Source of the DNA: Eledone cirrhosa
Taxonomy: Eukaryota
NCBI GenBank assembly: GCA_964016885.1
Contig: CAXHJY010000928.1
Span: 744,001 to 808,000 of the forward strand
Direction: 5' to 3'
DNA length: 64,000 bases
The notes beneath the pieces are model-generated. The model was not told the origin of the DNA. It made no database searches and saw only the letters and a list, made by a program, of their open reading frames with translations. Shown piece by piece: positions 38,201 to 53,200 of the stretch. Every line of letters begins with the position of its first letter. Within the stretch, counting starts at the first letter, position 1. Made by a program: the position numbers and the translations under genes.

Positions 38201-41200
38201 TGGGAGATAAATTACTGGGAGATAAATTAATGGGAGATAAATTACTGGGAGATAAATTACTGGGATTCAAATTACTGCGAGATAAATTACTGGGAGTCAA
38301 ATTACTGGGAGATAAATTACTGGGAGTTAAATTACTGGGAGATAAATTACTGGGAGAGAAATTACTGGGAGTCAAATTACAGGGAGATAAATTACTGGGA
38401 GTCAAATTACTGGGAGATATATTACTGGGAGTTAAATTACTGGGAGATAAATTACTGGGAGTCAAATTACTGCGAGATAAAATACTGGGAGTCAAATTAC
38501 TGCGAGATAAATTACTGGAAGTTAAATTAGTGGGAGATAAATTACTGGGAGATAAATTACTGGGAGTCAAATTACTGGGAGATAAATTACTGGGAGTTAA
38601 ATTACTGGGAGTCAAATTACTGGGAGTCAAATTACTGGGAGATAAATTACTGGGTGTTAAATTACTGGGAGATAAATTACTGGGAATCAAATTACTGGGA
38701 GATAAATTACTGGGAGTCAAATTACTGGGAGTCAAATTACTGGGAGATAAATTACTGGGAGATAAATTACTGGGAGATAAATTACTGGGAGTTAAATTAT
38801 TGGGAGATAAATTACTGTGAGTCAAATTACTGGGAGATAAATTACTGAGAGTCAAATTACTGGGAGTTATATTACTGGGAGTCAAATTATGGGAGTCAAA
38901 TTACTGGGAGATAAATTACTGGGAGTCAAATTACTGGGAGATATATTACTGGGAGTCAAATTACTGCGAGATAAATTACTGGGAGTCAAATTACTGCGAG
39001 ATAAATTACTGGGAGTTAATTACTGGGAGTTAAATTACTGGGAGATAAATTGCTGGGAGTTAAATTACTGGGAGATAAATTACTGGGAGATAAATTACTG
39101 GGAGATAAATTACTGGGAGTTAAATTATTGGGAGATAAATTACTGTGAGTCAAATTACTGGGAGATAAATTACTGGGAGTCAAATTACTGGGAGATAAAT
39201 TACTGGGAGTCAAATTACTGGGAGATATATTACTGGGAGTCAAATTACTGCGAGATAAATTACTGGGAGTCAAATTACTGCGAGATAAATTACTGGGAGT
39301 CAAATTACTGGTAGATAAATTACTGGGAGTCAAATTACTGGGAGATAAATTACTGGGAGATAAATTACTGGGAGATAAATTACTGGGAGTCAAATTACTG
39401 GGAGATAAATTACTGGGAGATAAATTACTGGGAGTTAAATTATTGGGAGATAAATTACTGGGAGTCAAATTACTGGGAGATAAATTACTGGGAGTCAAAT
39501 TACTGGGAGATAAATTACTGGGAGTCAAATTACTGGGAAATAAATTACTGGGAGTCAAATTACTGCGAGATAAATTACTGGGAGTTAAATTACTGGGAAA
39601 TAAATTACTGGGAGGTAAATTACTGGGAGATAAATTACTGGGAGTCAAATTACTGGGAGATAAATTACTGGGAGTTAAATTACTGGGAGATAAATTACTG
39701 GGAGTAAAAATTACTGGGAGATAAATTACTGGCAGTTAAATTACTGGGAGTCAAATTACTGGGAGTCAAACTACTGGGAGATAAATTACTGGGTGTTAAA
39801 TTACTGGGAGTCAAATTATTGGGAGATAAATTACTGGGAGTCAAATTACTGGTAGATAAATTACTGGGAGATAAATTACTGGGAGATAAATTACTGGGAG
39901 ATAAACTACTGGGAGATAAATTAGTGGGAGTTAAATTACTGGGAGATAAATTGCTGGGAGTTAAATTATTGGGAGATAAATTACTGTGAGTCAAATTACT
40001 GGGAGATAAATTACTGAGAGTCAAATTACTGGGAGTTATATTACTGGGAGTCAAATTATGGGAGTCAAATTACTGGGAGATAAATTACTGGGAGTCAAAT
40101 TACTGGGAGATATATTACTGGGAGTCAAATTACTGCGAGATAAATTACTGGGAGTCAAATTACTGCGAGATAAATTACTGGGAGTTAATTACTGGGAGTT
40201 AAATTACTGGGAGATAAATTGCTGGGAGTTAAATTACTGGGAGATAAATTACTGGGAGATAAATTACTGGGAGATAAATTACTGGGAGTTAAATTATTGG
40301 GAGATAAATTACTGTGAGTCAAATTACTGGGAGATAAATTACTGGGAGTCAAATTACTGGGAGATAAATTACTGGGAGTCAAATTACTGGGAGATATATT
40401 ACTGGGAGTCAAATTACTGCGAGATAAATTACTGGGAGTCAAATTACTGCGAGATAAATTACTGGGAGTCAAATTACTGGTAGATAAATTACTGGGAGTC
40501 AAATTACTGGGAGATAAATTACTGGGAGATAAATTACTGGGAGATAAATTACTGGGAGTCAAATTACTGGGAGATAAATTACTGGGAGATAAATTACTGG
40601 GAGTTAAATTATTGGGAGATAAATTACTGGGAGTCAAATTACTGGGAGATAAATTACTGGGAGTCAAATTACTGGGAGATAAATTACTGGGAGTCAAATT
40701 ACTGGGAAATAAATTACTGGGAGTCAAATTACTGCGAGATAAATTACTGGGAGTTAAATTACTGGGAAATAAATTACTGGGAGGTAAATTACTGGGAGAT
40801 AAATTACTGGGAGTCAAATTACTGGGAGATAAATTACTGGGAGTTAAATTACTGGGAGATAAATTACTGGGAGTAAAAATTACTGGGAGATAAATTACTG
40901 GCAGTTAAATTACTGGGAGTCAAATTACTGGGAGTCAAATTACTGGGAGATAAATTACTGGGTGTTAAATTACTGGGAGTCAAATTATTGGGAGATAAAT
41001 TACTGGGAGTCAAATTACTGGTAGATAAATTACTGGGAGTTAAATTACTGGGAGATAAATTACTGGGAGATAAATTACTGGGAGATAAATTAGTGGGAGT
41101 TAAATTACTGGGAGATAAATTGCTGGGAGTTAAATTACTGGGAGATAAATTACTGGGAGTCAAATTACTGGGAGATAAATTACTGGGAGTCAGATTACTG

Positions 41201-44200
41201 GGAGTTAAATTACTGGGAAATAAATTACTGGGAGTTAAATTACTGGGAGTTAAATTACTGGGAGTCAAATTACTGGGAGATAAATTACTGGGAGTCAAAT
41301 TACTGGGAGATAAATTACTGGGAGTCAAATTACTGGGAGTTAAATTACTGGGAGATAAATTACTGGGAGTTAAATTACTGGGAGTCAAATTACTGGGAGA
41401 TAAATTACTGGGACTCAAATTACTGGGAGATAAATTACTGGGACTCAAATTAGTGGGAGATAAATTACTGGGAGTCAAATTACTGGGAGATAAATTACTG
41501 GGAGTTAAATTACTGGGAGTCAAATTACTGGGAGATAAATTACTGGGAGTCAAACTACTGGGAGATAAATTACTGGGAGATAAATTAATGGGAGATAAAT
41601 TACTGGGAGATAAATTACTGGGAGATAAATTACTGGGATTCAAATTACTGCGAGATAAATTACTGGGAGTCAAATTACTGGGAGATAAATTACTGGGAGT
41701 TAAATTACTGGGAGATAAATTACTGGGAGAGAAATTACTGGGAGTCAAATTACAGGGAGATAAATTACTGGGAGTCAAATTACTGGGAGATATATTACTG
41801 GGAGTTAAATTACTGGGAGATAAATTACTGGGAGTCAAATTACTGCGAGATAAATTACTGGGAGTCAAATTACTGCGAGATAAATTACTGGGAGTTAAAT
41901 TAGTGGGAAATAAATTACTGGGAGGTAAATTACTGGGAGATAAATTACTGGAGTCAAATTACTGGGAGATAAATTACTGGGAGTTAAATTACTGGGAGAT
42001 AAATTACTGGGAGTAAAAATTACTGGGAGATAAATTACTGGGAGTTAAATTACTGGGAGTCAAATTACTGGGAGTCAAATTACTGGGAGATAAATTACTG
42101 GGTGTTAAATTACTGGGAGATAAATTACTGGGAATCAAATTACTAGGAGATAAATTACTGGGAGTCAAATTACTGGGAGTCAAATTACTGGGAGATAAAT
42201 TACTGGGAGATAAATTACTGGGAGATAAATTACTGGGAGTTAAATTATTGGGAGATAAATTACTGTGAGTCAAATTACTGGGAGATAAATTACTGAGAGT
42301 CAAATTACTGGGAGTTATATTACTGGGAGTCAAATTATGGGAGTCAAATTACTGGGAGATAAATTACTGGGAGTCAAATTACTGGGAGATATATTACTGG
42401 GAGTCAAATTACTGCGAGATAAATTACTGGGAGTCAAATTACTGCGAGATAAATTACTGGGAGTTAATTACTGGGAGTTAAATTACTGGGAGATAAATTG
42501 CTGGGAGTTAAATTACTGGGAGATAAATTACTGGGAGATAAATTACTGGGAGATAAATTACTGGGAGTTAAATTATTGGGAGATAAATTACTGTGAGTCA
42601 AATTACTGGGAGATAAATTACTGGGAGTCAAATTACTGGGAGATAAATTACTGGGAGTCAAATTACTGGGAGATATATTACTGGGAGTCAAATTACTGCG
42701 AGATAAATTACTGGGAGTCAAATTACTGCGAGATAAATTACTGGGAGTCAAATTACTGGTAGATAAATTACTGGGAGTCAAATTACTGGGAGATAAATTA
42801 CTGGGAGATAAATTACTGGGAGATAAATTACTGGGAGTCAAATTACTGGGAGATAAATTACTGGGAGATAAATTACTGGGAGTTAAATTATTGGGAGATA
42901 AATTACTGGGAGTCAAATTACTGGGAGATAAATTACTGGGAGTCAAATTACTGGGAGATAAATTACTGGGAGTCAAATTACTGGGAAATAAATTACTGGG
43001 AGTCAAATTACTGCGAGATAAATTACTGGGAGTTAAATTACTGGGAAATAAATTACTGGGAGGTAAATTACTGGGAGATAAATTACTGGGAGTCAAATTA
43101 CTGGGAGATAAATTACTGGGAGTTAAATTACTGGGAGATAAATTACTGGGAGTAAAAATTACTGGGAGATAAATTACTGGCAGTTAAATTACTGGGAGTC
43201 AAATTACTGGGAGTCAAACTACTGGGAGATAAATTACTGGGTGTTAAATTACTGGGAGTCAAATTATTGGGAGATAAATTACTGGGAGTCAAATTACTGG
43301 TAGATAAATTACTGGGAGTTAAATTACTGGGAGATAAATTACTGGGAGATAAACTACTGGGAGATAAATTAGTGGGAGTTAAATTACTGGGAGATAAATT
43401 GCTGGGAGTTAAATTATTGGGAGATAAATTACTGTGAGTCAAATTACTGGGAGATAAATTACTGAGAGTCAAATTACTGGGAGTTATATTACTGGGAGTC
43501 AAATTATGGGAGTCAAATTACTGGGAGATAAATTACTGGGAGTCAAATTACTGGGAGATATATTACTGGGAGTCAAATTACTGCGAGATAAATTACTGGG
43601 AGTCAAATTACTGCGAGATAAATTACTGGGAGTTAATTACTGGGAGTTAAATTACTGGGAGATAAATTGCTGGGAGTTAAATTACTGGGAGATAAATTAC
43701 TGGGAGATAAATTACTGGGAGATAAATTACTGGGAGTTAAATTATTGGGAGATAAATTACTGTGAGTCAAATTACTGGGAGATAAATTACTGGGAGTCAA
43801 ATTACTGGGAGATAAATTACTGGGAGTCAAATTACTGGGAGATATATTACTGGGAGTCAAATTACTGCGAGATAAATTACTGGGAGTCAAATTACTGCGA
43901 GATAAATTACTGGGAGTCAAATTACTGGTAGATAAATTACTGGGAGTCAAATTACTGGGAGATAAATTACTGGGAGATAAATTACTGGGAGATAAATTAC
44001 TGGGAGATAAATTACTGGGAGTCAAATTACTGGGAGATAAATTACTGGGAGATAAATTACTGGGAGTTAAATTATTGGGAGATAAATTACTGGGAGTCAA
44101 ATTACTGGGAGATAAATTACTGGGAGTCAAATTACTGGGAGATAAATTACTGGGAGTCAAATTACTGGGAAATAAATTACTGGGAGTCAAATTACTGCGA

Positions 44201-47200
44201 GATAAATTACTGGGAGTTAAATTACTGGGAAATAAATTACTGGGAGGTAAATTACTGGGAGATAAATTACTGGGAGTCAAATTACTGGGAGATAAATTAC
44301 TGGGAGTTAAATTACTGGGAGATAAATTACTGGGAGTAAAAATTACTGGGAGATAAATTACTGGCAGTTAAATTACTGGGAGTCAAATTACTGGGAGTCA
44401 AACTACTGGGAGATAAATTACTGGGTGTTAAATTACTGGGAGTCAAATTATTGGGAGATAAATTACTGGGAGTCAAATTACTGGTAGATAAATTACTGGG
44501 AGTTAAATTACTGGGAGATAAATTACTGGGAGATAAATTACTGGGAGATAAATTAGTGGGAGTTAAATTACTGGGAGATAAATTGCTGGGAGTTAAATTA
44601 CTGGGAGATAAATTACTGGGAGTCAAATTACTGGGAGATAAATTACTGGGAGTCAGATTACTGGGAGTTAAATTACTGGGAAATAAATTACTGGGAGTTA
44701 AATTACTGGGAGTTAAATTACTGGGAGTCAAATTACTGGGAGATAAATTACTGGGAGTCAAATTACTGGGAGATAAATTACTGGGAGTCAAATTACTGGG
44801 AGTTAAATTACTGGGAGATAAATTACCGGGAGTTAAATTACTGGGAGTCAAATTACTGGGAGATAAATTACTGGGACTCAAATTACTGGGAGATAAATTA
44901 CTGGGAGTCAAATTACTGGGAGATAAATTACTGGGAGTTAAATTACTGGGAGTCAAATTACTGGGAGATAAATTACTGGGAGTCAAACTACTGGGAGATA
45001 AATTACTGGGAGATAAATTAATGGGAGATAAATTACTGGGAGATAAATTACTGGGATTCAAATTACTGCGAGATAAATTACTGGGAGTCAAATTACTGGG
45101 AGATAAATTACTGGGAGTTAAATTACTGGGAGATAAATTACTGGGAGAGAAATTACTGGGAGTCAAATTACAGGGAGATAAATTACTGGGAGTCAAATTA
45201 CTGGGAGATATATTACTGGGAGTTAAATTACTGGGAGATAAATTACTGGGAGTCAAATTACTGCGAGATAAAATACTGGGAGTCAAATTACTGCGAGATA
45301 AATTACTGGAAGTTAAATTAGTGGGAGATAAATTACTGGGAGATAAATTACTGGGAGTCAAATTACTGGGAGATAAATTACTGGGAGTTAAATTACTGGG
45401 AGTCAAATTACTGGGAGTCAAATTACTGGGAGATAAATTACTGGGTGTTAAATTACTGGGAGATAAATTACTGGGAATCAAATTACTGGGAGATAAATTA
45501 CTGGGAGTCAAATTACTGGGAGTCAAATTACTGGGAGATAAATTACTGGGAGATAAATTACTGGGAGATAAATTACTGGGAGTTAAATTATTGGGAGATA
45601 AATTACTGTGAGTCAAATTACTGGGAGATAAATTACTGAGAGTCAAATTACTGGGAGTTATATTACTGGGAGTCAAATTATGGGAGTCAAATTACTGGGA
45701 GATAAATTACTGGGAGTCAAATTACTGGGAGATATATTACTGGGAGTCAAATTACTGCGAGATAAATTACTGGGAGTCAAATTACTGCGAGATAAATTAC
45801 TGGGAGTTAATTACTGGGAGTTAAATTACTGGGAGATAAATTGCTGGGAGTTAAATTACTGGGAGATAAATTACTGGGAGATAAATTACTGGGAGATAAA
45901 TTACTGGGAGTTAAATTATTGGGAGATAAATTACTGTGAGTCAAATTACTGGGAGATAAATTACTGGGAGTCAAATTACTGGGAGATAAATTACTGGGAG
46001 TCAAATTACTGGGAGATATATTACTGGGAGTCAAATTACTGCGAGATAAATTACTGGGAGTCAAATTACTGCGAGATAAATTACTGGGAGTCAAATTACT
46101 GGTAGATAAATTACTGGGAGTCAAATTACTGGGAGATAAATTACTGGGAGATAAATTACTGGGAGATAAATTACTGGGAGTCAAATTACTGGGAGATAAA
46201 TTACTGGGAGATAAATTACTGGGAGTTAAATTATTGGGAGATAAATTACTGGGAGTCAAATTACTGGGAGATAAATTACTGGGAGTCAAATTACTGGGAG
46301 ATAAATTACTGGGAGTCAAATTACTGGGAAATAAATTACTGGGAGTCAAATTACTGCGAGATAAATTACTGGGAGTTAAATTACTGGGAAATAAATTACT
46401 GGGAGGTAAATTACTGGGAGATAAATTACTGGGAGTCAAATTACTGGGAGATAAATTACTGGGAGTTAAATTACTGGGAGATAAATTACTGGGAGTAAAA
46501 ATTACTGGGAGATAAATTACTGGCAGTTAAATTACTGGGAGTCAAATTACTGGGAGTCAAACTACTGGGAGATAAATTACTGGGTGTTAAATTACTGGGA
46601 GTCAAATTATTGGGAGATAAATTACTGGGAGTCAAATTACTGGTAGATAAATTACTGGGAGATAAATTACTGGGAGATAAATTACTGGGAGATAAACTAC
46701 TGGGAGATAAATTAGTGGGAGTTAAATTACTGGGAGATAAATTGCTGGGAGTTAAATTATTGGGAGATAAATTACTGTGAGTCAAATTACTGGGAGATAA
46801 ATTACTGAGAGTCAAATTACTGGGAGTTATATTACTGGGAGTCAAATTATGGGAGTCAAATTACTGGGAGATAAATTACTGGGAGTCAAATTACTGGGAG
46901 ATATATTACTGGGAGTCAAATTACTGCGAGATAAATTACTGGGAGTCAAATTACTGCGAGATAAATTACTGGGAGTTAATTACTGGGAGTTAAATTACTG
47001 GGAGATAAATTGCTGGGAGTTAAATTACTGGGAGATAAATTACTGGGAGATAAATTACTGGGAGATAAATTACTGGGAGTTAAATTATTGGGAGATAAAT
47101 TACTGTGAGTCAAATTACTGGGAGATAAATTACTGGGAGTCAAATTACTGGGAGATAAATTACTGGGAGTCAAATTACTGGGAGATATATTACTGGGAGT

Positions 47201-50200
47201 CAAATTACTGCGAGATAAATTACTGGGAGTCAAATTACTGCGAGATAAATTACTGGGAGTCAAATTACTGGTAGATAAATTACTGGGAGTCAAATTACTG
47301 GGAGATAAATTACTGGGAGATAAATTACTGGGAGATAAATTACTGGGAGTCAAATTACTGGGAGATAAATTACTGGGAGATAAATTACTGGGAGTTAAAT
47401 TATTGGGAGATAAATTACTGGGAGTCAAATTACTGGGAGATAAATTACTGGGAGTCAAATTACTGGGAGATAAATTACTGGGAGTCAAATTACTGGGAAA
47501 TAAATTACTGGGAGTCAAATTACTGCGAGATAAATTACTGGGAGTTAAATTACTGGGAAATAAATTACTGGGAGGTAAATTACTGGGAGATAAATTACTG
47601 GGAGTCAAATTACTGGGAGATAAATTACTGGGAGTTAAATTACTGGGAGATAAATTACTGGGAGTAAAAATTACTGGGAGATAAATTACTGGCAGTTAAA
47701 TTACTGGGAGTCAAATTACTGGGAGTCAAACTACTGGGAGATAAATTACTGGGTGTTAAATTACTGGGAGTCAAATTATTGGGAGATAAATTACTGGGAG
47801 TCAAATTACTGGTAGATAAATTACTGGGAGTTAAATTACTGGGAGATAAATTACTGGGAGATAAATTACTGGGAGATAAATTAGTGGGAGTTAAATTACT
47901 GGGAGATAAATTGCTGGGAGTTAAATTACTGGGAGATAAATTACTGGGAGTCAAATTACTGGGAGATAAATTACTGGGAGTCAGATTACTGGGAGTTAAA
48001 TTACTGGGAAATAAATTACTGGGAGTTAAATTACTGGGAGTTAAATTACTGGGAGTCAAATTACTGGGAGATAAATTACTGGGAGTCAAATTACTGGGAG
48101 ATAAATTACTGGGAGTCAAATTACTGGGAGTTAAATTACTGGGAGATAAATTACCGGGAGTTAAATTACTGGGAGTCAAATTACTGGGAGATAAATTACT
48201 GGGACTCAAATTACTGGGAGATAAATTACTGGGAGTCAAATTACTGGGAGATAAATTACTGGGAGTTAAATTACTGGGAGTCAAATTACTGGGAGATAAA
48301 TTACTGGGAGTCAAACTACTGGGAGATAAATTACTGGGAGATAAATTAATGGGAGATAAATTACTGGGAGATAAATTACTGGGATTCAAATTACTGCGAG
48401 ATAAATTACTGGGAGTCAAATTACTGGGAGATAAATTACTGGGAGTTAAATTACTGGGAGATAAATTACTGGGAGAGAAATTACTGGGAGTCAAATTACA
48501 GGGAGATAAATTACTGGGAGTCAAATTACTGGGAGATATATTACTGGGAGTTAAATTACTGGGAGATAAATTACTGGGAGTCAAATTACTGCGAGATAAA
48601 ATACTGGGAGTCAAATTACTGCGAGATAAATTACTGGAAGTTAAATTAGTGGGAGATAAATTACTGGGAGATAAATTACTGGGAGTCAAATTACTGGGAG
48701 ATAAATTACTGGGAGTTAAATTACTGGGAGTCAAATTACTGGGAGATAAATTACTGGGAGTCAAACTACTGGGAGATAAATTACTGGGAGATAAATTAAT
48801 GGGAGATAAATTACTGGGAGATAAATTACTGGGATTCAAATTACTGCGAGATAAATTACTGGGAGTCAAATTACTGGGAGATAAATTACTGGGAGTTAAA
48901 TTACTGGGAGATAAATTACTGGGAGAGAAATTACTGGGAGTCAAATTACAGGGAGATAAATTACTGGGAGTCAAATTACTGGGAGATATATTACTGGGAG
49001 TTAAATTACTGGGAGATAAATTACTGGGAGTCAAATTACTGCGAGATAAAATACTGGGAGTCAAATTACTGCGAGATAAATTACTGGGAGTTAAATTAGT
49101 GGGAAATAAATTACTGGGAGGTAAATAACTGGGAGATAAATTACTGGAGTCAAATTACTGGGAGATAAATTACTGGGAGTTAAATTACTGGGAGATAAAT
49201 TACTGGGAGTAAAAATTACTGGGAGATAAATTACTGGGAGTTAAATTACTGGGAGATAAATTACTGGGAGTAAAAATTACTGGGAGATAAATTACTGGGA
49301 GTCAAATTACTGGGAGATAAATTACTGGGAGATAAATTACTGGGAGATAAATTACTGGGAGTTAAATTATTGGGAGATAAATTACTGTGAGTCAAATTAC
49401 TGGGAGATAAATTACTGAGAGTCAAATTACTGGGAGTTATATTACTGGGAGTCAAATTATGGGAGTCAAATTACTGGGAGATAAATTACTGGGAGTCAAA
49501 TTACTGGGAGATATATTACTGGGAGTCAAATTACTGCGAGATAAATTACTGGGAGTCAAATTACTGGGAGATAAATTACTGGGAGTTAAATTACTGGGAG
49601 TCAAATTACTGGGAGATAAATTACTGGGAGTCAAACTACTGGGAGATAAATTACTGGGAGATAAATTACTGGGAGATAAATTACTGGGATTCAAATTACT
49701 GCGAGATAAATTACTGGGAGTCAAATTACTGGGAGATAAATTACTGGGAGTTAAATTACTGGGAGATAAATTACTGGGAGAGAAATTACTGGGAGTCAAA
49801 TTACAGGGAGATAAATTACTGAGAGTCAAATTACTGGGAGTTATATTACTGGGAGTCAAATTATGGGAGATAAATTACTGGGAGATAAATTACTGGGACT
49901 CAAATTACTGGGAGATAAATTACTGGGACTCAAATTAGTGGCAGATAAATTACTGGGAGTCAAATTACTGGGAGATAAATTACTGGGAGTTAAATTACTG
50001 GGAGTCAAATTACTGGGAGATAAATTACTGGGAGTCAAACTACTGGGAGATAAATTACTGGGAGATAAATTAATGGGAGATAAATTACTGGGAGATAAAT
50101 TACTGGGATTCAAATTACTGCGAGATAAATTACTGGGAGTCAAATTACTGGGAGATAAATTACTGGGAGTTAAATTACTGGGAGATAAATTACTGGGAGA

Positions 50201-53200
50201 GAAATTACTGGGAGTCAAATTACAGGGAGATAAATTACTGAGAGTCAAATTACTGGGAGTTATATTACTGGGAGTCAAATTATGGGAGATAAATTACTGG
50301 GAGATAAATTACTGGGACTCAAATTACTGGGAGATAAATTACTGGGACTCAAATTAGTGGGAGATAAATTACTGGGAGTCAAATTACTGGGAGATAAATT
50401 ACTGGGAGTTAAATTACTGGGAGTCAAATTACTGGGAGATAAATTACTGGGAGTCAAACTACTGGGAGATAAATTACTGGGAGATAAATTAATGGGAGAT
50501 AAATTACTGGGAGATAAATTACTGGGATTCAAATTACTGCGAGATAAATTACTGGGAGTCAAATTACTGGGAGATAAATTACTGGGAGTTAAATTACTGG
50601 GAGATAAATTACTGGGAGAGAAATTACTGGGAGTCAAATTACAGGGAGATAAATTACTGGGAGTCAAATTACTGGGAGATATATTACTGGGAGTTAAATT
50701 ACTGGGAGATAAATTACTGGGAGTCAAATTACTGCGAGATAAAATACTGGGAGTCAAATTACTGCGAGATAAATTACTGGGAGTTAAATTAGTGGGAAAT
50801 AAATTACTGGGAGGTAAATAACTGGGAGATAAATTACTGGAGTCAAATTACTGGGAGATAAATTACTGGGAGTTAAATTACTGGGAGATAAATTACTGGG
50901 AGTAAAAATTACTGGGAGATAAATTACTGGGAGTTAAATTACTGGGAGATAAATTACTGGGAGTAAAAATTACTGGGAGATAAATTACTGGGAGTCAAAT
51001 TACTGGGAGATAAATTACTGGGAGATAAATTACTGGGAGATAAATTACTGGGAGTTAAATTATTGGGAGATAAATTACTGTGAGTCAAATTACTGGGAGA
51101 TAAATTACTGAGAGTCAAATTACTGGGAGTTATATTACTGGGAGTCAAATTATGGGAGTCAAATTACTGGGAGATAAATTACTGGGAGTCAAATTACTGG
51201 GAGATATATTACTGGGAGTCAAATTACTGCGAGATAAATTACTGGGAGTCAAATTACTGCGAGATAAATTACTGGGAGTTAATTACTGGGAGTTAAATTA
51301 CTGGGAGATAAATTGCTGGGAGTTAAATTACTGGGAGATAAATTACTGGGAGATAAATTACTGGGAGATAAATTACTGGGAGTTAAATTATTGGGAGATA
51401 AATTACTGTGAGTCAAATTACTGGGAGATAAATTACTGGGAGTCAAATTACTGGGAGATAAATTACTGGGAGTCAAATTACTGGGAGATATATTACTGGG
51501 AGTCAAATTACTGCGAGATAAATTACTGGGAGTCAAATTACTGCGAGATAAATTACTGGGAGTCAAATTACTGGTAGATAAATTACTGGGAGTCAAATTA
51601 CTGGGAGATAAATTACTGGGAGATAAATTACTGGGAGATAAATTACTGGGAGTCAAATTACTGGGAGTTAAATTATTGGGAGATAAATTACTGGGAGTCA
51701 AATTACTGGGAGATAAATTACTGGGAGTCAAATTACTGGGAGATAAATTACTGGGAGTCAAATTACTGGGAAATAAATTACTGGGAGTCAAATTACTGCG
51801 AGATAAATTACTGGGAGTTAAATTACTGGGAAATAAATTACTGGGAGGTAAATTACTGGGAGATAAATTACTGGGAGTCAAATTACTGGGAGATAAATTA
51901 CTGGGAGTTAAATTACTGGGAGATAAATTACTGGGAGTAAAAATTACTGGGAGATAAATTACTGGCAGTTAAATTACTGGGAGTCAAATTACTGGGAGTC
52001 AAACTACTGGGAGATAAATTACTGGGTGTTAAATTACTGGGAGTCAAATTATTGGGAGATAAATTACTGGGAGTCAAATTACTGGTAGATAAATTACTGG
52101 GAGTTAAATTACTGGGAGATAAATTACTGGGAGATAAATTACTGGGAGATAAATTAGTGGGAGTTAAATTACTGGGAGATAAATTGCTGGGAGTTAAATT
52201 ACTGGGAGATAAATTACTGGGAGTCAAATTACTGGGAGATAAATTACTGGGAGTCAGATTACTGGGAGTTAAATTACTGGGAAATAAATTACTGGGAGTT
52301 AAATTACTGGGAGTTAAATTACTGGGAGTCAAATTATGGGAGTCAAATTACTGGGAGATAAATTACTGGGAGTCAAATTACTGGGAGATATATTACTGGG
52401 AGTCAAATTACTGCGAGATAAATTACTGGGAGTCAAATTACTGCGAGATAAATTACTGGGAGTTAATTACTGGGAGTTAAATTACTGGGAGATAAATTGC
52501 TGGGAGTTAAATTACTGGGAGATAAATTACTGGGAGATAAATTACTGGGAGATAAATTACTGGGAGTTAAATTATTGGGAGATAAATTACTGTGAGTCAA
52601 ATTACTGGGAGATAAATTACTGGGAGTCAAATTACTGGGAGATAAATTACTGGGAGTCAAATTACTGGGAGATATATTACTGGGAGTCAAATTACTGCGA
52701 GATAAATTACTGGGAGTCAAATTACTGCGAGATAAATTACTGGGAGTCAAATTACTGGTAGATAAATTACTGGGAGTCAAATTACTGGGAGATAAATTAC
52801 TGGGAGATAAATTACTGGGAGATAAATTACTGGGAGTCAAATTACTGGGAGATAAATTACTGGGAGATAAATTACTGGGAGTTAAATTATTGGGAGATAA
52901 ATTACTGGGAGTCAAATTACTGGGAGATAAATTACTGGGAGTCAAATTACTGGGAGATAAATTACTGGGAGTCAAATTACTGGGAAATAAATTACTGGGA
53001 GTCAAATTACTGCGAGATAAATTACTGGGAGTTAAATTACTGGGAAATAAATTACTGGGAGGTAAATTACTGGGAGATAAATTACTGGGAGTCAAATTAC
53101 TGGGAGATAAATTACTGGGAGTTAAATTACTGGGAGATAAATTACTGGGAGTAAAAATTACTGGGAGATAAATTACTGGCAGTTAAATTACTGGGAGTCA

